Below, one piece after another: positions 49,601 through 63,500 of a DNA stretch of 64,000 nucleotides. The first letter of the stretch is position 1, and each line of letters begins with the position of its first letter. The DNA is from Gonapodya sp. JEL0774 (Eukaryota). The DNA is taken from positions 124,001-188,000 of the forward strand of contig JADIIX010000013.1 of the NCBI GenBank assembly GCA_027604505.1, written 5' to 3'. The notes below the pieces were generated by a model. That model was given only the letters and a program-made list of their open reading frames with translations. It did no database searches and was not told the origin of the DNA. The position numbers and the translations under genes were made by a program.

Positions 49601-52600
49601 TACGTAACACCCACATCGTATTTGGAAATGATTCGTACATTCAAATCCCTATTGGGTGTACAGCGCGCGGTGGTAGAAAAAATCAAGTTCCGATACACAA
49701 ATGGACTCGAAAAGCTCAATTTTGCACAAGAGGCGGTGTCCAAAATGCAAGTGGATCTGACTAACTTGCAGCCGGAATTGGTCAAAACCAAGGAGGAAGT
49801 CAATCAGATCCTGGTCCAAGTAGAGAGGGAGTCGAAAGACGTTGCTGAAGTGAAGAAAGTCGCACAAGCTGATGAAGAGATAGCGAGTAAGAAAGCAGCA
49901 GACGTCAAGACAATCAAAGATGAGTGTGAGGGAGACTTGGCGCTCGCTATTCCGGCGCTTGAGGCGGCTATGAATGCTCTAGACACCTTGAAACCAGCCG
50001 ATATCACCGTCATCAAGTCAATGAAGAGCCCACCACCTGGAGTCAAACTCGTGATGGAGGCAATTTGCATCCTAAAAGACGTTAAACCTGCTAAAATTGC
50101 GGATCCCGGTGGCTCGGGGAAGAAAATCGATGACTATTGGGGACCGGCCAAGGTCCTGTTGACTGACATGAAGTTTCTCGATACCTTGAAAGCATTTGAC
50201 AAGGACAACATTCCTGTACCAATCATGAAGATTATTCGTACCAAGTATCAGCCTAACCCCGAGTTTGATCCTGAAAAGATTAAGAACGCCTCATCAGCAG
50301 CTGAGGGGCTGTGCCGTTGGGTTCTTGCAATGGAAGTTTACGACCGTATTGCGAAAGTTGTCGCCCCGAAAAAGGAGGCGCTTGCAAAAGCTGAGGAAGA
50401 GTTGGGTGTGACAATGCAAGGCTTAAACGAGAAACGCGCGGCATTAAAGGCTGTGGAAGATAGAGTCGCGGCTCTCGAAGCAAAGTTCCAGGCGATGAAA
50501 GCGAAAAAGGAAGCTTTGGAAAATCAGGTTGACTCGGTTTCTAAACAACTTATTCGCGCTGAAAAGCTCATTGGGAGCTTGGGCGACGAACGGGAGAGGT
50601 GGACCGAGTGCGCGAAGCAAATGGACGAAAAGTTAAAATCTATCACTGGTGATGTGCTCATTGCTTCGGGTATCGTTGCCTATATGGGCCCGTTCACCAA
50701 GGCGTACAGAGACGGTGCAGTTGCGGAATGGACCCAACTGTCCAGATCTAAGAATATTCCATGTTCAGATAACGTGTGCTTGACAAACGTTCTTGGTGAT
50801 CCGATCAAAATCCGTAGCTGGACATTAGCTGGATTGCCGAACGATGCTTTTTCTATTGACAATGGTGTAATAGTTTCGAATTCAAGGCGATGGCCTCTCA
50901 TGATCGACCCACAAGGCCAAGCGAATCGATGGATTAAGAATATGGAAAAGCAGAGGCAAATTCAGGTTATCAAGCTCACAGACTCTGACTACCTAAGGAC
51001 ACTAGAGAACGCACTCCAGTTTGGAAACACAGTCTTGCTGGAGAACGTCGGCCAGGAACTGGATCCAGTTTTGGAGCCTTTACTACTCAAGCAAATCTTC
51101 AAGCAAGGGGGAGTTAACTGTATCAAACTTGGAGACGCTGTTGTTGAATATTCGCCGGAGTTCCGCTTTTACATCACAACCAAATTGCGGAATCCGCACT
51201 ACCTACCGGAGCTTTCTACAAAGGTCACTTTGCTCAATTTCATGATCACTCCTGAGGGTCTCGAAGATCAGCTCCTCGGGATTGTCATTGCGAAGGAAAG
51301 GCCTGAACTTGAGGAGGTAAAGAATCAACTTCTGTTGCAATCAGCAGACAATAAACGACAACTTCAAGAGATTGAGGACAAAATTTTGGAGGTTTTGTCG
51401 TCTTCCGAAGGAAATATATTGGAAGACGAAACTGCAATCCAGATACTTTCCTCATCGAAAGTCCTGGCTAAAACCATAAACGAAAAACAAGCTACCGCCG
51501 AGAAAACTGAAAAGAAAATTGACGAGATCCGAATTGGATACAAGCCAATAGCCTTCCATTCCGCCATTATGTTCTTTTGTATTGCGGACCTTGCCGCCAT
51601 AGAACCGATGTATCAGTACTCTTTGAGCTGGTACATCAATCTGTTCATCACATCTATACTAAATAGCCAGAAATCACAGGATCTGATTGTTCGATTGGAC
51701 AACCTGAAAACTCATTTTACGGAATCTCTATATCGCAATGTGTGTCGGTCTCTTTTCGAGAAAGATAAACTGGTCTTCTCTTTTGTGCTTACCACCACCA
51801 TAATGCGTGGGGCAGGCCAAGTGGACCCCGAGGAGTTTCAGTTTTTACTTACCGGAGGCATTACGAACCCAAAGCATATGGATCCCAACCCCGATAACAG
51901 CTGGATAACGGAGCGGATGTGGAGTGAAGTCAACAAACTTTCAATGCTCAAGTCATTTGAAGGACTCAGCTCTGATGTGAAAGGAAAGCCAATGGATTGG
52001 CGAGTTCTGTACGATCATTCTGAACCACAAGTTGCCATTTTTCCGGGTAGGCACTCAACCAATCGTTTTTATTCTCAAAATGCGCGCTTATTGCCAAATT
52101 GGATTAACAGGCAAGTGGGAGACGGAAATCAGTCCTTTCCAGCGACTTCTTCTCCTCCGAAGCTTGCGTCCAGACAAATTGACTTCGGCCATCAAAAAAT
52201 TCATCATCAAAACAATGGGCCAGACGTTCGTTGAGCCTCCTCCATTCGACCTCGCATCCTCCTACTCGGATTCGAACTCGTGCATTCCACTCATCTTTCT
52301 TCTTTCTCCTGGTTCTGATCCCATGCCTACTCTTCTAAAATTCGCCGAAGATCGTAAAATGGGAGGAAGCAAACTGCAGACGATATCTTTGGGACAGGGT
52401 CAAGGTCCATTGGCAGCCAAATTGATTGCGCAAGGTATCCAAGACGGATCCTGGATTGTATTACAAAATTGCCATCTAGCTATCAGTTGGATGTCGAGTC
52501 TAGAAAAGATCTGTGAGGATCTTAGCCCCGAAACCACCCACAAGGAATTCAGGATGTTCCTCACGTCATATCCGAGTGACAGGTTTCCCGTGACACTTCT

Positions 52601-54595
52601 TCAAAACGGGGTCAAGATGACGAATGAAAGCCCAGGATTCCTGAAAGCTAATCTGAACAAAAGCTATTTGAGCGACCCCATCTCGGAGAAAAGTTTCTAC
52701 GAGAACAACAGGGACCAGAAGACCTTTGAGAAAATGCTATTCTCTCTTTGCTTTTTTCATGCAGTTGTGCAAGAACGAAAAAAGTATGGTCCGATCGGCT
52801 GGAATATTTCTTATGGTATGACCTTTCGAACTCGAGGCACTTGAGATAATGTTATCACGTATTCCTTCAGAATTTAATGACACGGATCTTCGAATCTCGG
52901 CACGTCAATTACGCAACTTTTTGTCTGAGTACAACGAGGTACCGTTTGAAGCTCTTCAATATCTCACAGGAGAATGCAATGTAAGGGCACATGGCATTTA
53001 TTGGAACGCGCGACATGCATCACCTTGCTCCCCACATACAGTATGGAGGTCGTATTACCGACGACAAAGATCGTCGTCTCGCCACGTCTCTACTGTCCGA
53101 ATACTACAACCCTGATGTGCTGAAAGACCAGCACATGTTCGATCCCAGCGGAACGTATACTATGCCCCAGGATTCCTCACACGGTGGTGTGATACAATAT
53201 TTGCAAGGGTTACCGCTTGAAAGTAGACCAGAGGTGTTTCACTTGCATGATAATGCAGAAATGTATGTCACCGTTGCCGACACTGGGCAGGTATCGCAAA
53301 TGAACTCCATTCGGTCTCTCCAGATCCAAAAATAATCTTGAGACTGAAATGTTTTTGTCTGCCATTCTTACGACGCAGGAACAAGTTGGAGGGGGAGGGC
53401 AGGGCAAGAGCAGAGATCAACTTCTCACAGAGATATCCACGGAGATGCTTCAGAAATTGCCTAGCAACTTTGACGCTGCAAAAGTATCGCAAAAGTACCC
53501 CCTTAGCTACCAAGAGTCTATGAATACGTGAGTAATCGCCATGTCGTTGGCCTATTGACGACTCTTTGCCGATAACGCCATCTGCGGAACACTTCAAACA
53601 AGCGTATTGCTACAGGAGGTTATTCGCTTTAACCGTCTTATCGATATTATCCGTGAATCTCTCAAGAACATTCAAAAGGCAGTGAAAGGGCTTGTTGTCA
53701 TGTCCGCCGAGTTGGATGAAGTTGCTTCGAGCTTCCTTGTTGGCAAGATACCAGCAATGTGGGCCAGCAAGAGCTATCCAAGCATGAAGCCTCTTGGAGG
53801 CTACTACGAAGATTTAATGGCGAGACTGAAATTTTTCAACACGTGGATCGAATCCGGCCAGGTGCGACTGCCGACCGTGTGTGAGAATTCCGGGTTCCCA
53901 CGTCTACTAACAAGTCTCTTATGCACATAAACTCAGCCCATAGTATTTTGGCTTTCAGGATTTTTCTTTACCCAGTCGTTCCTGACGGGAGTTCTGCAAA
54001 ACTACGCCCGAAAATATACAATACCAATCGACCTGCTCGGGTTACAATACCAAGTGCAAAACTCCCGTACTGCAGGGGTTCGGCCTGACGATGGGTGTTA
54101 CATAAATGGTAAGCCACCCTGCAGCAAGAAAGTTGGTCGGCGCTATGCTTATGTCTGTGTTCGGCAGGGCTGTTTTTGGAGGGTGCCCGGTGGGATGGTG
54201 CCATCACGTCAATCGCTGAGTCACACCCAAAGGTTTTGTATGACTCCATGCCTGTAATTTGGCTAAAGCCAGTAAGTTTTGGTTCTTCATCTCGTCGTGT
54301 GCTTGGTTCTCACGGCATACGATGCTCATCAAGGGCGAGAAGAGCTCCTTTGTCACCACGGGCACCTACGATTGCCCAGTTTACAAGACCAGTGCACGAA
54401 GAGGAGTGTTGTCGACCACTGGGTAAGTTTAGAGTAGTTCAGAATGGTATTGCGACTGTCTTGAAGGTATAACTCTTGTTTGGATTCTGCAGGCACAGCA
54501 CGAACTACGTTATGTCAATGCGATTGCCCACAAATGTACGACAGGAGCACTGGATAAATCGTGGCGTTGCAGCCTTACTTGGACTTCCGGAATGA
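40608..54595 (+). CDS. DNAH7: Axonemal inner-arm dynein heavy chain (DNAH7/3/12 class, N-terminus most DNAH7-like), more than 25 exons
   Basis: [51 protein letters not shown]-loops [24 protein letters not shown] and GVGGSGRQ, stalk/MTBD, and C-terminal [18 protein letters not shown]. The exact start is approximate. Confidence 0.95.
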
Positions 54596-54779
54596 CTTTC
54601 ATATTATTTTATAATTTCACATTTTGCATATCTCTATTTCTGTCTCCTATCTTTGCATTATCCGAGATGTTCCATTGTTGCACTATTTTGGCGTGTGGTG
54701 AGTCTGGTTCGGCAGCCCGTCCTGCTCAAAAGGGATCCGCCGCATAACGTGCGGTGACGAGTGGTGCACCGACTTCAAT

Positions 54780-57405
54780 ATGGCCGCAACGCCTCGCACA
54801 GTTCAGTCCATTTTACGGCGAGTCTTCATCCTCGTCCGGCTGTTCGTCTACCCTCGACAGGTCGCTCGTCCTCCCCAACTCACGCGACCACTTCCACAAA
54901 TTATTTGCGATCTCCTCATTTCTCTTCGCGATAGATCTCGTGGAGCTCCCACACGACTTCCTAGATCCATAAATGAGAGCTTAGATGCTGATGGGGACTC
55001 GTTGGAGTGGATCGGAAAAGTTCGTCGGTTCTTGATGCCGGAACTGCAAGAGGATCCCAGAGTTGACGCTAGCGTTTCTTCTCAAGATTCAAGGGGACGC
55101 GTCAGTGGGACAGATGGAATAGATTCGCCGCCTTTGACAAATCCAGCTCCGGACGATCGGGTGTCTGGGTCTGAATTGAGATATCGAGAAAGGCTACGCC
55201 GTTCGGACATCACACCGTCACATTTAAACCCAGGATTTGAAGGGACGTCAAACCTCACAACATCAGAATCAAATGGTACAAGAAACCTAGACCAAAATTT
55301 CCCCAATGACAGTGCCAGGGATGAGGGCAAACGAACAAATGTGAACAACACACTTGCGACCGGAACGTCACCACAAACTCCCGTCGTCATTCATTTTCCA
55401 AGCACCCTCTCTAGTCAGCATGTCCATCCAATGTCGTCTGCAGAACCCAGCAGTGCAGAGACTGTTGATGACTGCGAATCCCTACCTTCTTTCTCTGGCT
55501 TGCTAAAACAACCGTGCATTCGCCGCTCCGCAACTCTCGTCATTTTGTCAATTATTTTTCTTGCCCTCTTCGCGCTCCTCGTGCGCTCAGACTCCTATGC
55601 CACATTTACCGACCCAGGCCCTCCGCAGGTGCTGGGTTGCTTTGACTCATTATGGACCACTCGCCCCTCAGATTGCGGTACTGACGGCTCCAGCTGCCAA
55701 CCTTTTGGAGGGTTTAGTTTCCCCGTGAGATGTCATCCACTCTGTTCTACGGTGCAGACCCTAGAAGTCCAGTGGCATGGCTCCAGACCGTTTTATCTGG
55801 AGCCAGTGGTCATTGGTACCGAGATTTATCGGGGGGATTCGTGGATTTGTGTGGCAGCAATACATGCCGGTCTCAGTACAGACCTCTCCGGAGGGTGTCT
55901 GGTAGTGGAAGTCATTGGTGACGCTGATGGTTTCAATGGAAGCGTCCGAAACGGTGTGACGAGCTACAGTTTCGATTCGACTTTCCCCAGAAACTACAAA
56001 CTCAGGCCCTGTGATCGACACAGCGGTTGTGCCGATCTGTCCTGGGTTGCTCCCCTAATGACGCTGGGATTCGCTGCGATTGCTGTTGCGTTATATGTAC
56101 CGATATGGTACTTCTTTGCAAGGTGGGAATTTGAGTTTTAGAACAGCACCAAGCATGGCCTCTCCCTAAACTCAAAATCAACCCTGCTAGTGCATTTGTT
56201 CTCGGGTTCTGGACAGTGGTTTTCTTCGACTATACATCCCCCCGCGCGGATATAGATTTCATTGTTCAATCTCTCGGCACGTTTCTCCCAACCATGGCTG
56301 CGGGCTATGTAGCGTGGGAATTCTTCGTTCGTCGCACACTACCCACCAAAGTGGCAGATTGGGGGTGGGACATACTATTATTCTGGGTGGTGCCAATGTT
56401 GGTGGGAGTTGGTGAGCCAAGAACATACGAAGAAAGCATTTTTAATCGGCTTCACCTGCCTCCAAATATTTCTAGAATCTGTCATGATCACATCACGTCT
56501 GCCTGACGTAACACTTACGTCACTCATCCTGTCGCAACCCAAAAAGCTCTTCACTCTCCTTGTTTATGTCATTATCGTCATTGTCTTCGTTTCTCACTTA
56601 TATTATCACCAACGGAGAATGGGAAAGGTCCCTGCACTTCTCATATTCGCAATCGCCGTTTTGGTTGTGTTCGCAACACTTCCCGTCCTTTTTCCAAGTG
56701 AGTTGTACACGCTCCTGTGGATTTTAGAAGATCTCACAACGCGAAATGGAACGCCCTAAAGCCCTCTACCTTCACCTTCATCATTATCAACTTTCATTTC
56801 TCCTTCTTCCCACCACTGCCGGTGTGCAAACTCGAATATCTATGATGTTTCAAGGGTTCTTAATCGGTTGGTTTCTTGAAGGAGTCGGCCGCTGGGGTTT
56901 CGAGGCACCGGTTGAAACAGCGGCAACCTACTACGGAATCTCGGATCGCGGGACCTTAACCCCTCAATTAGACAAGTTTACCAACTTCACACCGGCTGGA
57001 AACTGGACTGTAAGCTGGAGCTGGAATGCCGAATGGAATGGTGTCAGGAGAAATTTCTCCAATCTTGTGAACTTGACGAACGATGATCTCACTTTCGCAG
57101 GAATCGCAGCATATAGTCTTGCAATGAATGAGTGAGTGCATATTTTGAAACATCTCGATCAGAAACAATTCAAATCAACTCTTCTACGGATCAGCGTGGA
57201 GGTCTATCGCGGACCTCTTGCAACTTGGTCTGCCTTTCCCGCTCCAGAGAGCCCCATAAATGTCAGCGAACTTTATGATGGTGGACGAGGAAGGAACCGC
57301 GCCTTATACTTCCGGTTGGCGGGAGTGGATTCGTCGGGCTCTTTGCTCGACTACACCGCGCCTTTACGAGTGTTTTTAAACGGGACTCAAGAGGTGTTAA
57401 CTTGA
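54780..57405 (+). CDS. Fungal LCCL-domain multi-pass membrane protein
   Basis: TM, then CG.DG..C.PF..RC...C and YRGDSWIC.AAIHAG..GGC..GSVRNGVTS (LCCL), several TM helices, LHLHHY, and G..RWGF. Confidence 0.85.
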
Positions 57406-57554
57406 ACACCTCGAGTTTTCTACTCACTCAATTGCGCGATCACTCTTCTTCAATGTGTGAACGTGACCACTATGCTCAAAAATATTTTCTGACGATGATG
57501 GTTCGACTCAGTGCATTATGTTATATTGTATTTAAAGGCCGAAACATATCTGTA

Positions 57555-60500
57555 TCATGCATCGTCCTCTTCCTCCCCCATACTCCCTTCGTCACCGTCG
57601 ATACTGCCTTCATCATCGTCCATACTTTCTCCGTCTTCGTACTCATCGTCGTACATCTCTTCAGTGTCCTCGTCGTGGTCGTGTTCGTGATCTTCACCTG
57701 AAACGGAATTGGCTTTTTGATCGGTCAGACCGAAACTATTATTCAGGACATGAGACGCGTGTAAGCGGGTTGGTGCGGAGACTTGTTGGGCGATGACTGT
57801 GTTCCGTACGGAAGTTAGCTGCTTGCTGGGTGATACTGGGTGAGCCATTGGGCGGTTCGCGATTGCAGGGGACCCCTTTTGTGTTCCTCCATCACCACCT
57901 CGTATTTCTGTTGCTGTACTTGCTTTGTAACCCACACCTCCTCCACCAGGTGTGGCCGTGCCCGTGACACGAGCGACTATTCCTTTTGCACCTTCCCTTT
58001 CGAGGTCCGCTAGCATCTCTCTTGCTCTTAATTTGCCGGTCAGCCAGGTCTTTGAACGGTTCTGCGCCCGCTGTGAGATGGAATCGTGAACTGCGCGGCG
58101 CCCTGCCTCTGATAAACCCGCTAGGATGATCCCGTCCACGTCGAAGCCCAAATCTGAGAGATTCACTCCAAAAGATCGAACATCTAGAATGGTGTCAGCG
58201 ATGGCGTTGATCAAACTGGTTTCCTCCGCCAGTTCATTCCGCCGGGAGTCCACCAGCTTGCGCTCCAAGTCCTGTAGTCCAGTTGAAGCATTATCTAGGA
58301 GAGGAAAAGCGACCGAAAGGTTCAAGTTTGAGAGAACACAGTCATACAATCCTTGGTGCTCACCGCTAAGGCTCAATGAAAAAGAATTGGACATTCTGTT
58401 GGCAGATGAATGTGCACCTTCCGCGTATCCCAATCCCTTCATAGATGTAGGATCTGAGGAGACATGGTCACCAGAAAGACCCGCGATACCATTAAGAGCG
58501 CTTTTAAGAGTTTCTCTGTTCAAAAGCTCTTTGCTGTGAGTGGAAATTGACTCGTCCAGTTGAAGAGATTTTTCGGCGACGCCATCCCGGCTGTGGGTGC
58601 CTCCAATAGTCAAGTCAAAAGTAACCGGAACTGGGATTTCCTCTATAGAAGTGCGATCATTTGTCCTCCCGTAGCTCTTTGCAGCAGGACTCTGTTTGTT
58701 TCCAGTCGGTTTTCGACCTTGTTCTTTGAGAAGTGCAGAGATGGTGCCAGTGTCTGCAAGTGACGCATTGAACACTTTCTCGACACGGATGAACACCTCT
58801 GCGAACTCTTTCGTCTTCGACTCAATGCTGTCCATGCTGACGAGAAGGCGCTTCTGCAGTGTGCTAATATCGCCGGGTTGCTTGTCGCCCAGAGTACCGA
58901 TTTTTGCTGTTTGATCCTGAGAGTAAGCTCCCAGGGCAGCTCCAGTTCTATTGGCACCAGACGCTAGCTCATTAACAGCTTCCCGCACACTCGCAATAAG
59001 CGTCCACAGAAAAGATTCATCATCGTTCAATGCTTTTAGATCCGAAGCAGTCGGAGCAGACGGTGACTTTGTAGCAGTACCTCGCTTTCCCGGCGGCCCA
59101 CGAGAGTTGGATGAACTTGATTTCAAGGTCATGGGATGCGCCATTTGTGCTTCTGGGTTGTTATTCACGCTCTTTACGAACGCATCAGATAATCGTTGCA
59201 CGGTGTCACTCTCCCGTTTGTGCTTCTTCCGCATTTCCCTGGCCTCTTTGACTCGTGACATAACAGCTTCGACACTTCGAACCTTTTCTTTCCACTCATC
59301 TGTGAACCAACGCTGAGCCAAATGAGCTGAACTTCCACCCGATTGTTTGGCATGGGCCTCCAATGCAGGGGCAAGCATTGCAGCAGTTGCCGCTAACGAC
59401 TCAAGGGCTTGATCAATAAAGATATTCGCGTCAGCAGAGTCCTCGCCTTCCATTAGAATTCCCGTCTGCTGTGCCTGTTCCAGTGCGATCAGGGCATTCG
59501 CTACATCGGTGGCACTGGCACCCAAACTCGCGAGACCGGGGATGTGAGATGCATCCACCGAGAGAGCGTTCAGGCTCGCGGCAAGAGATTGCTGTGACTG
59601 AAAGATACTGTTCATCGTTCTTGCGTGAACCGCGGTCTTAAACGCGCTCGTTGAGGGAACCGGCGGAGTCACTGAGCCTTTCCCCTTCTTGCTTTGCAGA
59701 TTATGAGAGATGCCATACAATACGCTCGTATCTGAGGGGGGCTTCCCTTGGCGAGCCACAGACGGAGATGCGGAGACAGGAAGTTGTGAGGGAGGCCCGA
59801 GTGTGGTTCCCGCTCCGTTCAATTTTATAAGTGGTGTCACCGAGGGGTTCTCCTTCTGCTTTTGCTTTTGCTGCTTCCTCTTCTTACTAGAGCCCGGATT
59901 CTCGCTCATGCCTAATTGAGAGATAGACTGCGACACTTTGGGTGGTTGCGTAACTGCAGGGGCATCCACTGGCGTTGCGGTGTCGGAAGTGTCACGTTTA
60001 AAGGCTGTCCTCAGCAATGCTGATTGCAAGTCACTCGTCTCCTTTGTGGGAGATGGGTTAAGATTCCTCTGCAACTGAGGTCCAGGATTATCATCGGTAT
60101 CAGAATGTCCACTAGTAGAGTGGGCCAACTGCCGTGTGTCTTTCGAGACTGATACGGGACGACGCACTAGAGAGACACTATCTTCGAGTACACTACTAGA
60201 ATCTGACGGATTCTCTGAGCCCGTTGGCGAAGTCCGACCAGAAGTACTGAGTGATGATGAAGCGATATCTGACAGTCTATCCAGACTAGATCGTCGTCCG
60301 GGGATCTGTAGACCATTTCGAACGCCCCTCAAACCAATGGGAACTTGGGTAGATGGAATCGACGGGGCATTTCTGGCGTCCTTCAAGCTAGTAGATTGGA
60401 GCCCGAAATTGTCAGTTACGGAGTCGAGTGGTCCGGCTGGATCAGACGAAACCTCAGAAGTGCCATTCAGGCTTGAGGCGCCGTTGTTCCAGGACGACAG

Positions 60501-63500
60501 AGATCCTTCCACGAGCGATACAATCTCATTTCGTGGTGGAGTCCTTCCTTCAAAGGTTTCATCTCCGAGCATACTCGAACGCTCTCTAAACGTATCATAC
60601 ACTGAGCCGGGTGATAGAATCATTGGACTAGAAGAACAATCTTCCAAAGAACGGGGACAGCAGATATTGCTCATCAGTTGGTGGCGAACGTCACGTGTCG
60701 GTTTTGAAGACATACCGGTGACGACCGAGGAAGGGTCCACGAGCTCCGTTCCTCCGGGGCCGGGGCCCGTCTCCGGAAACGGATTAGACGCAGGAACGTA
60801 AGTTGGAGCCTTGCGAAAATTTTCTGATGAAACTGTCCTTTAGCTTCCGCATCACCTGGAAACCAAATCAGCTGCTCACCTCCTTCAAACTGAAACTGAA
60901 AATCCGACTGCAGAGTCTGTTGCTGAACAATACTTCGCTCGCCCACCGTCGATGGCAAATTGAACGGATCTGCGACGGGTTCTCCGGAAATATTCGCCAC
61001 GTTTTCGAAAACACGCAACCTTCCACCATGGCGGGTGTGTGTGAACTGCTGGAAAGTCTGCGATCCCATTCTTACAGACATAATTGCAGGATCCTGAAAT
61101 GGTAATCCAGCTCGGGCAACACTGGGAGGAATGGTGGTGTTCGAAGAGCTTCCGCTCCCGGATACTCGTGCTGATCTTAAAAACTGGGCAAACACATCCG
61201 CGTTGTCTCGACCTGCTCCAGCATTGTGTTGGGATCCGGCAAGCCCTACCACTGAAAAGGGACCGGCGCGACTTTGCGGAGGTGGATGTCTAGAAAATGG
61301 AAACCCTGGAACGCCGTTCTCTACTGCTGTTGAAACCCGTGGCGTGGCGTCCAACGTGACGCTTTGCGTTACAGGGTATTGCTTGGAATGAATTCCACGC
61401 AACCTGGGGTCATGTGCCATCTTCTCATCTACAACTCGATGACCCGCGATAGCTGACATCGCTGGAGTTGCAAGAGTTAATGCTGGCCCATCCGCTTGCC
61501 GGAACACGGTCGAAAGGGAAGACTGAGCTGTGACCCCAGGTATTTGCAGCTCTCGAGTGACGGATGCGACTGAGGGCGGAAACTTCGACTGGAATATTTG
61601 AGTGGATCTGGTGAGTTCCATCGATGACAATAACCCGATCGGTACAAATTCTCGATAGGTTCACTCACACTCCCACTGATTTGATCTTGTCCGCTTGGTC
61701 CCGCTGCCGAGAATAACCTCTCAAATCGACTTTTTCTTCCTACTCCTGTCGCAGCGGAATGCAATGCCGCAGTGGCTCCAACAGAGTCAGTTCCCGGTTC
61801 AGATATCTGGAATCCGGGAGCGATAACATTACGGGATGCCGGGCCACCTTCAGGCAGCTTCGAAGAGTCCAGAGAAGTGGAAACATCTGTGCTGAATGGG
61901 TTGAACGGTCCATTATATCGAGGCTGAAGTCCCAGTCCCGCAAGTGAAATGGCTGCGCTTGGCGTCGAGAACAATCCAGAATAAACACCAAATTCACGCT
62001 GGTGCTGAAGCTCGCCCTGCTGATTGCCAACAGCACCTGGGGGGGCAGGTGGCGGATGTCCATGTAGTGGCGCCACCAGCATTGAGTTTGCTCTCAGTTG
62101 CTGCATTTGCTGTTGTTGAACCTCCTGACGATGTTGCTGAAGAGCGGAAAATTGTTGGAAAGCGGGATCCACAGAACTAAACACGCTCGCAAGTGACGGT
62201 GATCCAGATTTGCTCGTTTCATCCTCATGGCCCAGACCAGGAGGTAGAGGTATTGCAGATGCGGGAGCAAGACCCGGAGGTGGTGGGGTTGGAACAGGTC
62301 CAGGTTTCATTAAGTGCGTCTCCTCTAGTCCGGGCACACCAGAGGAACTGGATACCGATAGCGGAGCTTCTAAAGAAGACAAAAAGGCTCCTGGTGGGGA
62401 AACAAAGATTCTGTCATTGTCCTTCCCAACCTTCTCCCGAAGCCTCTCACTTGGCTTCTCCGTTCCAAATTCCCTGACGTTCTCTGTATGTGTTTCACGG
62501 TCCGCATCGTCCTTTTTGTCCCTTTCACCACTGTCCCTTTTTCCTTTCCAGTCACTGGAGCCATTTGTATCACCTCGCATCCGTCTTCCGGATACCTGCG
62601 ACGTCACTGGCGGAGGCGCTTGAGTAAGGACTGGGGTTCCCTCGCCATGGGGAGTTGCGACACCATTCTCGTCGCGGCCCGCAGCCTGAGACGAAGAGCG
62701 CGCAGGTTTTGCCCTTTGTATAGACATAAAATGCGTCCAGAGATACATAGCCGTAAGATCAGCATGTGACTAAACCACATACCAAGTGGCTGTGGCTGGA
62801 AGACCACCTCCCGTATCTCTCTTGACTTGTTCAAGTGGCGGAAAGGGAGCCGGCCTCACTTGACCTCTGTGCGGGGTGGCTAGAAGAGTTTCTTCCGTGA
62901 CTCCTTCAGCTGGATCCCCATGCTCATGAAGGAAAACGCAGTTGGGGTTCGGACATGTCTGTCCACGAAGGTAGTGTGCACAGTATCGTGTCGTACCATG
63001 TGTTGCTCTAAGAAAAATAGAAACAACGCGCCTTAGTTACTCAAGTACGTGGGCAGGCACATTAGAAACCACCTCCTTTGACTCACCTGACCAATCGGCC
63101 CTCGTAAGTTGTACCCTCCACCTCTTTAATTGCTTTTGCGGCATCCTCTTTCCTCGCAAAAGCAATGTACAGACCCAGAGGCTGACCACCCAATCCACCG
63201 TGCCCACCGCCAGCTGGACTACTGCTGGTGGGGCCACCGGCAGGCCGACGGTTTACGTATGCCCTCGTCACCTTGCCAAACTGGCCGAAATACTCAGGAG
63301 ATCGGAGTATCTTAAATTCAGATATGTTTCAGCTGCACATCCGGGGAAAATTCTCAGCCAGCAAAAATCTCATACCTCTTCGCCCCCTACTTTCGGCGGC
63401 AGTCCCACCACGTAAATGAGGTTACGTTGAACCACTCTTATCGACGCGAGGTGCTTGCGTTGTTGGAGTTCTTGCTCCTTCCTCTCCCGTTCTTTCGCCT

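Noticed and set aside
9736..54595. A flagellar/meiotic gene cluster (C2HC protein, SPO11, dynein)
   Set aside because: The genes are separated by many unrelated housekeeping genes, and no shared upstream motif such as an X-box was seen.
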